A stretch of 64,000 bases of DNA from a virus, in IMG/VR virus record IMGVR_UViG_3300028394_000035; one strand, written 5' to 3'. The notes below the pieces were generated by a model. The model had not been told where the DNA came from and did not search any database. It saw only the letters and a list, made by a program, of their open reading frames with translations. Of the stretch, positions 9,519 through 18,567 are shown in pieces; positions within the stretch are counted from its first letter, which is position 1; every line of letters begins with the position of its first letter. Both the position numbers and the translations under genes were made by a program.

Positions 9519-10516
9519 GTTTTATTGATGAGAAATACATTTCGTTAGTTTCATCCAGGCTTCAAAAATTTACAAAGAAAAAATCAGGTTTATATAACTT
9601 CCGTTGTAATTATTGCGGAGACTCTGAAAAGCAAAAAAGTAAAGCAAGGGGATATTTATATCAAATCAAAAATGATTATAATTACAAATGCCACAATTGT
9701 GGTGCAACACGAACTCTTACAAACTTTTTAAAAGATTTAGATACTGTTCTTTATGATCAGTATGTAATGGAAAGATATAAGAATGGATTAACTGGAAAGA
9801 AATCAAATACACCAGAACCAGAATTTAAATTCGAAGCACCAATATTTAAAAAAAAAAGTTTCAATCTTCCAACTATCCTAGAACTAAATAAAGAACATTT
9901 AGCAAGAGTTTATTTAGAAAAAAGACAGATACCAGAAAAGTTTTTAAGTGAATTATATTACTGTGAAAATTTTAAAGAATGGACAAATACACAAAAAGAA
10001 ACTTTTAAATCGGTTCAATATGATGAACCAAGAATTATTATTCCTTTAATTAAGGATGGTGAAATTTTTGGTTATCAAGGTCGTAGTTTAAATAAATCAT
10101 CAAAAGTTAAATACATTACAATCATTCTTGATGATAGTCAACCCAAAATCTTTGGTTGGGATAATCTTGATTGGAAAAAAACAATTTATATTGTCGAAGG
10201 TCCTTTTGATAGTATGTTTTTGAATAATGCAATTGCGATGGTTGGTGCTGATATGGATTATATGTTTTTTATTCACCATTATGATGTTGAATTTGTATTT
10301 GTTTATGATAATGAAAAAAGAAATAAAGAAATGATAGCAAGAGTCGAAAAGACAATTGATATGAAATTTCCTGTGGTGATTTGGCCACAAGACTTGAAAT
10401 ATAAGGACATTAATGATATGATATTAGAAGGACTTGATGTAGAAAAAATCATAAAAGATAATACTTTTATGGGATTAGTAGCAAAAGCAAAACTTATTGG
10501 ATGGAAACGAGTATGA
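9515..10516 (+). CDS. gp61: DNA primase
   Basis: CNYCGDS...CHNCG zinc finger, YQGRS, TOPRIM IVEGPFDS, VYDNE. Confidence 0.96.
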   Translation: MSFIDEKYISLVSSRLQKFTKKKSGLYNFRCNYCGDSEKQKSKARGYLYQIKNDYNYKCHNCGATRTLTNFLKDLDTVLYDQYVMERYKNGLTGKKSNTPEPEFKFEAPIFKKKSFNLPTILELNKEHLARVYLEKRQIPEKFLSELYYCENFKEWTNTQKETFKSVQYDEPRIIIPLIKDGEIFGYQGRSLNKSSKVKYITIILDDSQPKIFGWDNLDWKKTIYIVEGPFDSMFLNNAIAMVGADMDYMFFIHHYDVEFVFVYDNEKRNKEMIARVEKTIDMKFPVVIWPQDLKYKDINDMILEGLDVEKIIKDNTFMGLVAKAKLIGWKRV

Positions 10517-12816
10517 GCAATGGAACAAAGGTTATTAAAAGAAGTGGAACTGCCGAAAGATTAGATTTGGATAAACTTCATATAATGGTAGAGGAAGCTT
10601 GCAAAGACCTCTCTGGGGTTTCTGCATCTCAAGTTGAGATACAGTCTGGCATTCAATTTTATGATGGGATTACAACAGCAGAAATACAAGAAATTTTAAT
10701 TCGTTCTGCATCAGATTTGATTGATTTGGAAACCCCAAACTATCAATATGTTGCTGCCAGACTTTTGTTATTTTCTGTTCGTAAATCTTTATATGGAAAA
10801 CTTCAAGAGCATCCAGACTTTTTTACCCATATTCAGTCTTGTGTAAATCTTGGAGTTTACGACTCTGAAATTTTATCATTATACACAGAAGAAGAAATTA
10901 ATCGTCTTGGTTCTTTTATCAAACATAGTCGCGATTATCTATTTACTTATGCCGGTCTTCGTCAGGTAGTTGATAAGTATTTGGTACAAGATCGTAGTTC
11001 TGGTGGAGTATACGAAACTCCGCAGTTTATGTATATGATGATTGCAGCAACAATCTTCTCTAAATATCCAAAAGAGATCCGTTTAGATTACATTCGTAAA
11101 TATTATAATGCAATCTCAAGACACCGAATCAACATTCCAACACCAATCATGGCAGGAGTGCGAACACCACTTCGTCAATTTGCATCTTGTGTTCTGGTTG
11201 ATGTTGATGACACCCTCGATAGTATCTTTAGCAGCGATATGGCTATTGGCAGGTATGTCTCACAAAGGGCTGGTATCGGCATTAACGCAGGCAGAATCAG
11301 GGGCATCAACAGCAAAATCAGAGGGGGAGAAGTTTCTCATACAGGTGTTATCCCATTCCTCAAAAAGTTTGAATCAACTGTTAGATGTTGTACACAAAAC
11401 GGGATTCGCGGTGGAAGTGCTACTGTCCACTTTCCAATCTGGCACCAAGAAATAGAAGACATTCTTGTTCTCAAAAATAACAAAGGAACAGAAGATAATC
11501 GTGTTCGTAAACTTGATTATTCAATTCAACTTAGTAAAATATTTTATGAAAGATTTATTCAAGATGGTGAAATTACGCTTTTCTCCCCGCACGATGTACC
11601 TGGATTATATGATTCTTTCGGAACAATTGAGTTTGATTCTCTCTACCTTGGATATGAAAATAACCCCAATGTTCCAAAGAAAACAATAAAGGCACAAGAA
11701 CTTATCCTCAATCTTCTTAAAGAAAGAGCAGAAACAGGTCGTATTTATATTATGAATATGGACCATTGTAATTTTCATAGTTCTTTTAAGGATCAGATTA
11801 CAATGTCAAATTTGTGTCAAGAAATAACTTTACCGGTTGTTCCACTTCAGCATATTGATGATGATGGACCAGAAGAAATAGCAACTTGTATTTTAAGCGC
11901 ATTAAATGTTGGTAAAATAAAATCAGATGAAGAACTTGAGGAACTTTGTGACCTTACAGTAAGAGCACTTGATGAACTGATTGATTATCAACACTACCCT
12001 GTAAAGGCAGCAGAGAACTTCACAAAGCGTCGTAGAGCTCTTGGTGTGGGATTTATAGGACTCGCACACTATCTTGCAAAACTGGGACTTGCTTATGACT
12101 CTCAAGGTGCTTGGGATGCTGTGCATGGTCTTTCTGAATCGTTTCAGTATTACTTGCTGAAAACATCAAACCAACTCGCAAAAGAAAAAGGACATTGTGA
12201 ATATTTTGGACGTACCAAATATTCTGATGGTATGCTTCCGATTGATACTTATAAAAAAGATGTAGATGAAATCTCCAATATTCCCTTTCAGCACGACTGG
12301 GAAGCACTAAGAGCATCTATTTTAGAGTATGGGTTGAGACATTCCACACTATCAGCACAGATGCCATCAGAGAGCAGTTCTGTCGTCTCTAATGCAACTA
12401 ATGGTATCGAACCTCCTCGTGGTTATCTGTCAGTCAAGCAATCCAAAAAGGGACCACTAAAACAGATTGTACCTCAATACCAAACTCTCAAAAATAATTA
12501 TACTTTACTTTGGGATATGAAATCTAATCGAGGATATATCAATATTGTTGCAGTAATGCAAAAGTTTTTTGATCAGGCAATATCAGGTAATTGGTCTTAT
12601 AATCCAGAGAATTATCCTGATAATGAAGTTCCTGTAAGTGTAATGGCAAATGATTTTCTCACCACATATAAACTAGGTTGGAAAACAAGTTATTACCAAA
12701 ATACTTATGATGGAAAGACGGATGATGCAAAAGACGAAAGAGTAAATACTATTGATGATTTAGTAAATGAAATTTTAAATTCAGGAGAAGATGACTGTGA
12801 AAGTTGCAAAATTTAG
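10513..12816 (+). CDS. nrdA: Ribonucleotide reductase class Ia alpha subunit
   Basis: N-terminal ATP cone, PTPIMAG, SNLCQEI, AQMPSESSS, C-terminal CESCKI; no intein; ATG at 10513. Confidence 0.97.
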   Translation: MSNGTKVIKRSGTAERLDLDKLHIMVEEACKDLSGVSASQVEIQSGIQFYDGITTAEIQEILIRSASDLIDLETPNYQYVAARLLLFSVRKSLYGKLQEHPDFFTHIQSCVNLGVYDSEILSLYTEEEINRLGSFIKHSRDYLFTYAGLRQVVDKYLVQDRSSGGVYETPQFMYMMIAATIFSKYPKEIRLDYIRKYYNAISRHRINIPTPIMAGVRTPLRQFASCVLVDVDDTLDSIFSSDMAIGRYVSQRAGIGINAGRIRGINSKIRGGEVSHTGVIPFLKKFESTVRCCTQNGIRGGSATVHFPIWHQEIEDILVLKNNKGTEDNRVRKLDYSIQLSKIFYERFIQDGEITLFSPHDVPGLYDSFGTIEFDSLYLGYENNPNVPKKTIKAQELILNLLKERAETGRIYIMNMDHCNFHSSFKDQITMSNLCQEITLPVVPLQHIDDDGPEEIATCILSALNVGKIKSDEELEELCDLTVRALDELIDYQHYPVKAAENFTKRRRALGVGFIGLAHYLAKLGLAYDSQGAWDAVHGLSESFQYYLLKTSNQLAKEKGHCEYFGRTKYSDGMLPIDTYKKDVDEISNIPFQHDWEALRASILEYGLRHSTLSAQMPSESSSVVSNATNGIEPPRGYLSVKQSKKGPLKQIVPQYQTLKNNYTLLWDMKSNRGYINIVAVMQKFFDQAISGNWSYNPENYPDNEVPVSVMANDFLTTYKLGWKTSYYQNTYDGKTDDAKDERVNTIDDLVNEILNSGEDDCESCKI

Positions 12817-13981
12817 AGTTCACTCGCAAGAACCTACAATGCTAAAAGGAATGACCGTCTTTAATACTAATGACGTTGATTCCAAGAAACAACCAATGTT
12901 TTTTGGAAAACCACTTGGAATTCAAAGATATGACTCCTATAAGTATCCAATTTTTGATAAGTTAACTCAACAACAACTTGGTTTCTTTTGGAGGCCAGAA
13001 GAAATTTCTCTACAAAAAGATCGTGCAGATTACCAAACACTAAGACCAGAACAAAGGCATATCTTTACTTCAAATTTAAAGTATCAAATTATGCTTGATA
13101 GTGTTCAAGGTCGTGGTCCTGGAATGGCATTTACACCTTATTGTTCTCTTCCTGAACTTGAAGCATGTATGACTGTATGGGGATTTATGGAAATGATACA
13201 TTCTAGATCTTATACTTATATTATTAAGAATGTTTATCCAGATCCAGCAGAAGTTTTTGATACTATTCTAAATAATGAAAAGATATTAGAAAGAGCATCA
13301 TCAGTTACTGGTGCTTATGATGATTTTATAAATTCTGCACATTCCTATGGAACTTCTAATGATTGGGAGTTTGCAAATGAAGGTGTTCCTTATGGAACTG
13401 ATGCAAGACTTGAATTAAAACGAAAACTATATCGTGCAGTTGCTAATGTAAACATTTTAGAGGGGATTAGATTTTATGTCTCGTTTGCATGTTCTTTTGC
13501 GTTTGGGGAACTTAAACTCATGGAGGGATCTGCCAAAATTATCTCTCTTATCGCAAGAGATGAAAATCAGCATCTTGTCATCACTCAAAACATCCTCAAC
13601 AAATGGAATGACGGAGATGATCCAGAGATGCAGAAGATTGCTAAGGAGGAACAAGAATGGGTAAGAGGAGCATTCAAAAAGTGTGTAAATGAAGAAAAAC
13701 TATGGGCAGAATATTTGTTTAAAGATGGTTCTATGATTGGATTGAATGATAAACTACTTGGAAACTATGTTGAGTGGATTGCAAATCGTAGAATGAAAGC
13801 AGTTGGATTAAAACCTGAATATGATATTGCATCAAAGAACAATCCACTTCCTTGGACTGAACATTGGATTAATTCTAAATCAGTTCAAGTTGCACCCCAG
13901 GAAACGGAAATTTCTAGCTATTTGGTTGGTGGAATTAAACAAGATATGAAAAACGATAGTTTTACTGGATTTAAGTTATAG
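12791..13981 (+). CDS. nrdB: Ribonucleotide reductase class Ia beta subunit
   Basis: FFWRPEE, LDSVQG, EMIHSRSY, LEGIRFY, RDENQH, QVAPQETE. Confidence 0.97.
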   Translation: MTVKVAKFRVHSQEPTMLKGMTVFNTNDVDSKKQPMFFGKPLGIQRYDSYKYPIFDKLTQQQLGFFWRPEEISLQKDRADYQTLRPEQRHIFTSNLKYQIMLDSVQGRGPGMAFTPYCSLPELEACMTVWGFMEMIHSRSYTYIIKNVYPDPAEVFDTILNNEKILERASSVTGAYDDFINSAHSYGTSNDWEFANEGVPYGTDARLELKRKLYRAVANVNILEGIRFYVSFACSFAFGELKLMEGSAKIISLIARDENQHLVITQNILNKWNDGDDPEMQKIAKEEQEWVRGAFKKCVNEEKLWAEYLFKDGSMIGLNDKLLGNYVEWIANRRMKAVGLKPEYDIASKNNPLPWTEHWINSKSVQVAPQETEISSYLVGGIKQDMKNDSFTGFKL

Positions 13982-13986
13982 GATTT

Positions 13987-14009
13987 GGGGGCATATGCCC
14001 CCTTTTTTT
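13987..14009 (+). terminator. Rho-independent terminator
   Basis: Perfect palindrome GGGGGCATATGCCCCC plus T7. Confidence 0.85.
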
Positions 14010-14016
14010 ATAAATA
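14009..14016 (+). promoter_or_regulatory. T4-type late promoter TATAAATA
   Basis: Exact consensus fused to the terminator T-tract. Confidence 0.8.
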
Positions 14017-14037
14017 AATAAAAACCGTAGAAATGAT

Positions 14038-15471
14038 ATGTCTAATTTTTACAAAAAAGAAAACATAAATGAAGGTTTGAGTTTTGAAATAAAACCGTCC
14101 AGAGGAATTGGAGCATTAACACCTGACGCAGCTCAACAACTAGGACCAAAAGCAGTTGAACTACAAAAGAAAAAAGCAGCAGAAGTAGATCTTCCTAACA
14201 AGTCGGGCGTTAAACTTGCAAATTCATATAAACCGAAAGGAAAAATAGTAAAAGAAGCACACTACAATCCTACGACTGGAAAAATTCAAGCAGAAAAACC
14301 ATCAGAAGAAGAAATTAATACGTTGGCAAAAAAAGCAGCAGCATCTGGACCAAAGAAAAGAAAACCAGTTGGTTCAGTTCGTAAAAATAGTGCGACCTTC
14401 AAACCATCATCACCAGAGCAAGCAAAGGCGGATATGAAAAGTTGGAATGATTATTGGAGTGGAAGTGAAACAATTGATGTAGGTGCTGATGCTGGTTCTA
14501 CTATTAGCGATTTCGTCCATTCAAAGAGCAAAACATTCAAGGGTGATAGTACGAAGCAAAGAATTAAGAGAGCACTTGGTGCTTATTATGGAGCACAGAA
14601 AGAAGAAATAGAAAATAGTTATGAGTGTGTGATAGAAGCACTTGTAGAATATGGATTTGCCGAAGATGCCGAAACTGCAAACGATATGATTATTGGATTA
14701 AGTGAAGGTTTTATTGGTATGATATTTGAAGAATATTTGGAAGAGAAAGCAAGAGGCACTAGACCAAAAACAACTGCACACGCATATGATATGGACGAAA
14801 CTTTGTTTGGTCACGACCATTCAAAGGTGAATGTCCACGTTCATAATGAAAAAGGAGAGAGAACTCAAAGTTTGAGTAATCAAGAATTCAATACTCATAA
14901 ACTTCCAAAGGGTCATTCTTATAACTTTGATGAGTTTAGAAGTTCAAAGGTTTTTGAAAAGTCAGCAAAACCTTTGAAAAAAATGATTAAGCATTTGAAT
15001 AAACAAAAAGCACGAGGATATGATACTCATATTGTAACGGCTCGTAGTGATATGGACGATCAACCTGCATTTGCAAAACATCTTTCTAAGTATGGTATTA
15101 ATATCAATCCAGGAGAAAACGGTAAAGGACATACTCACGTTCATCGTACAGGTAATCTTGAAGGTAGTGATGTTGGAGTAAAGAAGAAAGATACACTTCA
15201 AGGTTTATCACAAAAACACGGATATAAGAAAATTCATATGTATGATGATGCTGCAAAGGTCCATAAGGCGGTTCAAAACACACCAGGAGTTGAGGTCAAA
15301 ACTCATATGGTAAAACCAAGAGGGAAGTCAGGTGAAGTGCGACCACGGTCGTTTAGAGCAACCGAAACACAAAAAGAAGAATATTATATTGATTTTGGAA
15401 TTAATAATATACAAGAAGTGAAAGAAATAGACATTACGCCTTATGAATACTGGAAAGAAAATATAAGATAA
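14038..15471 (+). CDS. Modular late protein with C-terminal HAD-family phosphatase domain
   Basis: AYDMDETLF (motif I), IVTARS (motif II), K in KKDTL, MYDDA (motif IV); low-complexity N-terminal half. Confidence 0.7.
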   Translation: MSNFYKKENINEGLSFEIKPSRGIGALTPDAAQQLGPKAVELQKKKAAEVDLPNKSGVKLANSYKPKGKIVKEAHYNPTTGKIQAEKPSEEEINTLAKKAAASGPKKRKPVGSVRKNSATFKPSSPEQAKADMKSWNDYWSGSETIDVGADAGSTISDFVHSKSKTFKGDSTKQRIKRALGAYYGAQKEEIENSYECVIEALVEYGFAEDAETANDMIIGLSEGFIGMIFEEYLEEKARGTRPKTTAHAYDMDETLFGHDHSKVNVHVHNEKGERTQSLSNQEFNTHKLPKGHSYNFDEFRSSKVFEKSAKPLKKMIKHLNKQKARGYDTHIVTARSDMDDQPAFAKHLSKYGININPGENGKGHTHVHRTGNLEGSDVGVKKKDTLQGLSQKHGYKKIHMYDDAAKVHKAVQNTPGVEVKTHMVKPRGKSGEVRPRSFRATETQKEEYYIDFGINNIQEVKEIDITPYEYWKENIR

Positions 15472-15499
15472 ATAATAGAAAAAGTACTTTTTTAGTAAA

Positions 15500-16972
15500 A
15501 TGAAGCAAGAGAATTTAGACGAGCTTAAAAATATCTACTTAGGTTTGGTGACTGGTGGGGAAGGACCGGAAGTGTTGAGTGAGGCACCTACTCAATTTGC
15601 TAAAGATTTACAGAATAATATAAGAGATACGGCAGCTCAAAAAACAGTTAATAAAGCTCTTAGTGGAGGACTAAAACCTGCTGCAACACCTACAGTTCCG
15701 AGACCTGCTGCACCTACTCAATTTGCTAAAGATTTGCAGAATAATATAAGAGATACGGCAGCTCAAAAAACAGTTAATAAAGCTCTTAGTGGAGGACTAA
15801 AACCTGCTGCAACACTACCAGCAAAAAAAGTTGGTCCTAAGATTGTAGGTCCTAAGATTGTAGGTCCTGGTGGTGATAATAGTGGAGGAACACCAGCAGG
15901 ACAAGCACCAAAACCTGCTGCTCCAAGACCAGCAGCAGCACCTACAAAACCAATGGGTGGCGCTCCTATGGACCAGTTTGCAAGAGCAAATCCAACTCTT
16001 GCCGCCAAAGTAAAACCAGGGCAATCTGGATATGATACTATCAACACAAGATTATCTGCCGATAACGATAGAGGACCAAGCACACCAACACCAGCAGCAG
16101 AACCTTCTGGTGAAACTGATAGGCTCAAAAAGGCACTTGACATCAAAAAGTCAGATGTGACCTCTTCTTATGAATGGTCTTCAGTAAAAACTCTAAAGAA
16201 TATTGCAGATGCATATTCTAGTGTTTATGAGAAGAAAGAATATGAAACATCCAGAGATAAAGACAAAGATGGTGATAATGACTTTGCTGATAATATGATT
16301 GCTCGAATGGTTGCTTCTGGTATGTCCCGTGAAGAAGCAATTAAGAAAGTAAAGAATAAGTCTTATAATGAAGAAATTGAGTATATTGAAGAAAGAGACG
16401 AAGGCAAACCAGGTTTAATGTTTAAGAAGATTGCTGCAAAAGCAGCAAAGAAATATGGTTCAAAAGAAGCAGGCAATAGAGTTGCTGGAGCAATTCGTAA
16501 GAAAGTTCTTGCAAATGAAGCAACTGCGATGGCTAAGAGAGGTCTTGATGAACCTGCAATTCGTAATAAGATTGCATCAACAACTCGTGGCGATGAGAGT
16601 GCAGACAAAGCAACTGCACTAGCAGATCGTGAAACTTATGGTGATAATAAAAAGAAAGAAGGTAGAGAGAAACTTGCAAGAAAGCAAAGAGGCGATTTCC
16701 GTGATACGACTTCTTCAAATCCTGGACTTCACGGATATGCATACAAAGCAACAACCGATGCTGATAAAGAAAAGCAGGCAGCAAGAGGAAAACAAAGAGG
16801 TGTCCTAACTCCTAATGAAAAGAAGACCCTGAATAGAGAAGAAGTTCATATCTATGATACTATTATATCACACTTACTTGAATATGGTTTCGCAGATACA
16901 GAAGAAGGTGCAGATGTGATTATTGAAAATATGAGCCAATCTTGGATTAAACAAATCCTAAGTGAAGATTGA
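15500..16972 (+). CDS. Modular Pro/Ala- and Lys-rich late protein with internal repeats
   Basis: Duplicated 35-aa block, KIVGP repeats, DKDKDGDNDFAD motif, C-terminal LLEYGFAD...WIKQILSE module. Confidence 0.75.
   Translation: MKQENLDELKNIYLGLVTGGEGPEVLSEAPTQFAKDLQNNIRDTAAQKTVNKALSGGLKPAATPTVPRPAAPTQFAKDLQNNIRDTAAQKTVNKALSGGLKPAATLPAKKVGPKIVGPKIVGPGGDNSGGTPAGQAPKPAAPRPAAAPTKPMGGAPMDQFARANPTLAAKVKPGQSGYDTINTRLSADNDRGPSTPTPAAEPSGETDRLKKALDIKKSDVTSSYEWSSVKTLKNIADAYSSVYEKKEYETSRDKDKDGDNDFADNMIARMVASGMSREEAIKKVKNKSYNEEIEYIEERDEGKPGLMFKKIAAKAAKKYGSKEAGNRVAGAIRKKVLANEATAMAKRGLDEPAIRNKIASTTRGDESADKATALADRETYGDNKKKEGREKLARKQRGDFRDTTSSNPGLHGYAYKATTDADKEKQAARGKQRGVLTPNEKKTLNREEVHIYDTIISHLLEYGFADTEEGADVIIENMSQSWIKQILSED
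15584..15815 (+). repeat. 106-bp direct repeat, 126-bp period (15584-15689 and 15710-15815)
   Basis: Copies differ at one synonymous base (GATTTA vs GATTTG). Confidence 0.95.
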
Positions 16973-16991
16973 TTTATAAAAACAAATAAGT

Positions 16992-17020
16992 AAAAGCACC
17001 TATTGACTAGGTGCTTTTTT
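16992..17020 (+). terminator. Rho-independent terminator with -35 box in its loop
   Basis: AAAAGCACCTA-TTGAC-TAGGTGCTTTT perfect 11-bp stem. Confidence 0.85.
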
Positions 17021-17031
17021 ATGACTATAAT
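17003..17031 (+). promoter_or_regulatory. Sigma70-type promoter
   Basis: TTGACT-17 nt-TATAAT. Confidence 0.8.
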
Positions 17032-17095
17032 AACTCTGTGGGTTTTGAGAAAATATCTTAGGTTCTAAATACATTAAGATTACTTAAAGGACCTC

Positions 17096-17557
17096 TTGGC
17101 GACATATAATAATCCTTGGTTATATAATGAAGAACCCTTTGAGACAAATGATATCCAAGATTGGTATGGGTTTGTATATCACATACGAAACACTTGTAAT
17201 ACTCGGTGTTATATTGGAAGAAAGTACTTTTGGTCTTTTACAAAGGATAAAGGAAAGAAAAGAAAAAGCAAAAAGGAAAGTGATTGGAAAAATTATTATG
17301 GAAGCTGTACAGAACTCAAAGAAGACATAAAGATATTTGGAAAAGATAAGTTTGAAAGAAAGATTATAAGTCTTCACAAGACATTAGGAAAAACTAATTA
17401 TGAAGAAACTAAACAGTTATTTTTAAATAATGTTTTGATTGAAGCACTTGACGATAATCATCCAAAGTATTATAATTCACAGATACTATCTCGTTATTTT
17501 AGGAAAGATTATTTCAATTATGAATCAAACAAAAACACAAATAATGGTGCAGTGTGA
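17096..17557 (+). CDS. GIY-YIG (Seg-like) endonuclease domain protein
   Basis: YGFVYHIRN...YIGRK...WKNYYGS...E; TTG start with AAGGA RBS. Confidence 0.85.
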   Translation: MATYNNPWLYNEEPFETNDIQDWYGFVYHIRNTCNTRCYIGRKYFWSFTKDKGKKRKSKKESDWKNYYGSCTELKEDIKIFGKDKFERKIISLHKTLGKTNYEETKQLFLNNVLIEALDDNHPKYYNSQILSRYFRKDYFNYESNKNTNNGAV

Positions 17558-17723
17558 TAGTATTGTTGCATATTATATTGAACGAATAGAACATCATTAT
17601 AAAAATGGAAGAAAAAAAGAAGCAAGATGTTTACATAAAGAAATTCAACAATGGATACAGGAAAAAGAAGATTATGAAGTGATTACTTTAGAATACTTAA
17701 CTGATTATTTTGACAAAACCTAA
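17520..17723 (+). CDS. Hypothetical protein
   Basis: ATG at 17520 overlapping the upstream gene end. Confidence 0.55.
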   Translation: MNQTKTQIMVQCDSIVAYYIERIEHHYKNGRKKEARCLHKEIQQWIQEKEDYEVITLEYLTDYFDKT

Positions 17724-17738
17724 ATAATCTCATATAAT
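17710..17738 (+). promoter_or_regulatory. Sigma70-type promoter
   Basis: TTGACA-17 nt-TATAAT, perfect consensus. Confidence 0.85.
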
Positions 17739-17742
17739 GATT

Positions 17743-17771
17743 AAGCAATCCTTAAAAAGATTGCTTTTTTT
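17743..17771 (+). terminator. Terminator-like hairpin
   Basis: AAGCAATC-CTTAAAAA-GATTGCTT plus T run. Confidence 0.75.
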
Positions 17772-17794
17772 ATTATGAGATTTTGACGTGACAA

Positions 17795-17862
17795 CCTAGA
17801 GCCGTGGAAGATGCCCTTCGAGAGATGTGGTGTACCCCTCTTCTATACGGATGCCGAATTCT
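17795..17862 (+). ncRNA. Candidate structured 5' leader RNA
   Basis: GC-rich island; CCGT/ACGG plus GGAAGA/TCTTCT stem closing a 27-nt interior; family not identified. Confidence 0.45.
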
Positions 17863-17872
17863 ATTAAAATTA

Positions 17873-18532
17873 ATGCTACTATCAACAATTGCTACCCTTT
17901 CAGTCTTAACTGCGTTTGCTTCACCACTACTCTTACCGGTGAGTGCTCCACCAGTGCCTGAGAAAGAAAGTTTAGAACTCACAATTCAAGACTTCTCAAA
18001 TCAGAAAGACACCAAATCTGAAAAACTAAACATTACAGAAACGAAGGTCGAAAATAAAGAAAAGATTTGGAAATGTAAAGGGTGTAATCAAACAGAAACT
18101 TATGCTTTGAGTTACTTGCAAAAACAAGGAATCAAAGATAAGAATGCTCTAGCAACCATCATGGGTAATATCAAACAGGAATCAGATTTTGTTCCTAATA
18201 TCTGTGAGGGTGGGTCTAGAGTTTCCTACCAAGGATGTGGAAGCGGTGGATATGGATTAATCCAATGGACCGATTCTGCAAGATATGATGGATTAGGAAG
18301 ACATGCTGCCCGTATGGGTGCTAGTGCTTCTACACTTGATACTCAACTCAACTATATGTTGAATGAGGGTGATTGGAAAATGATTGAACCGAGAATGAAA
18401 ACTCCTGGTAAATCAATTGACCAGTATATGTACTACGCAAGTAAGTGGATACGCTGGGGACATCACGGAGCAAGAACTGACTTTGCTTATCGTTATGCGA
18501 AAAAAATGGTTCTTACAGAAGTAGATGCCTAA
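17873..18532 (+). CDS. Phage tail-type lysozyme domain protein with N-terminal signal peptide
   Basis: MLLSTIATLSVLTAFAS signal; ALATIMGNIKQES...GGYGLIQWT...QLNYMLNE; ATG 17873 preferred over 17804. Confidence 0.8.
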   Translation: MLLSTIATLSVLTAFASPLLLPVSAPPVPEKESLELTIQDFSNQKDTKSEKLNITETKVENKEKIWKCKGCNQTETYALSYLQKQGIKDKNALATIMGNIKQESDFVPNICEGGSRVSYQGCGSGGYGLIQWTDSARYDGLGRHAARMGASASTLDTQLNYMLNEGDWKMIEPRMKTPGKSIDQYMYYASKWIRWGHHGARTDFAYRYAKKMVLTEVDA

Positions 18533-18544
18533 TTGAATAAATAT

Positions 18545-18567
18545 GGGGGAATGTATCTTCCCCCTTT
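18545..18567 (+). terminator. Terminator-like hairpin
   Basis: GGGGGAA-TGTATC-TTCCCCC plus TTT. Confidence 0.65.

Noticed and set aside
10513-13981. Introns or inteins in nrdA/nrdB (also checked in gp43, gp41, psbA, psbD, thyX)
   Set aside because: All are uninterrupted and of normal length, with no intein or group I signatures seen.
15584-15815. CRISPR-like array
   Set aside because: There are only two long in-frame coding repeats with no spacer series.
17804-17872. ORF-track N-terminal extension of the lysozyme (MEDALREMW...)
   Set aside because: It would bury the signal peptide. The region looks like a structured leader, so ATG 17873 is preferred.
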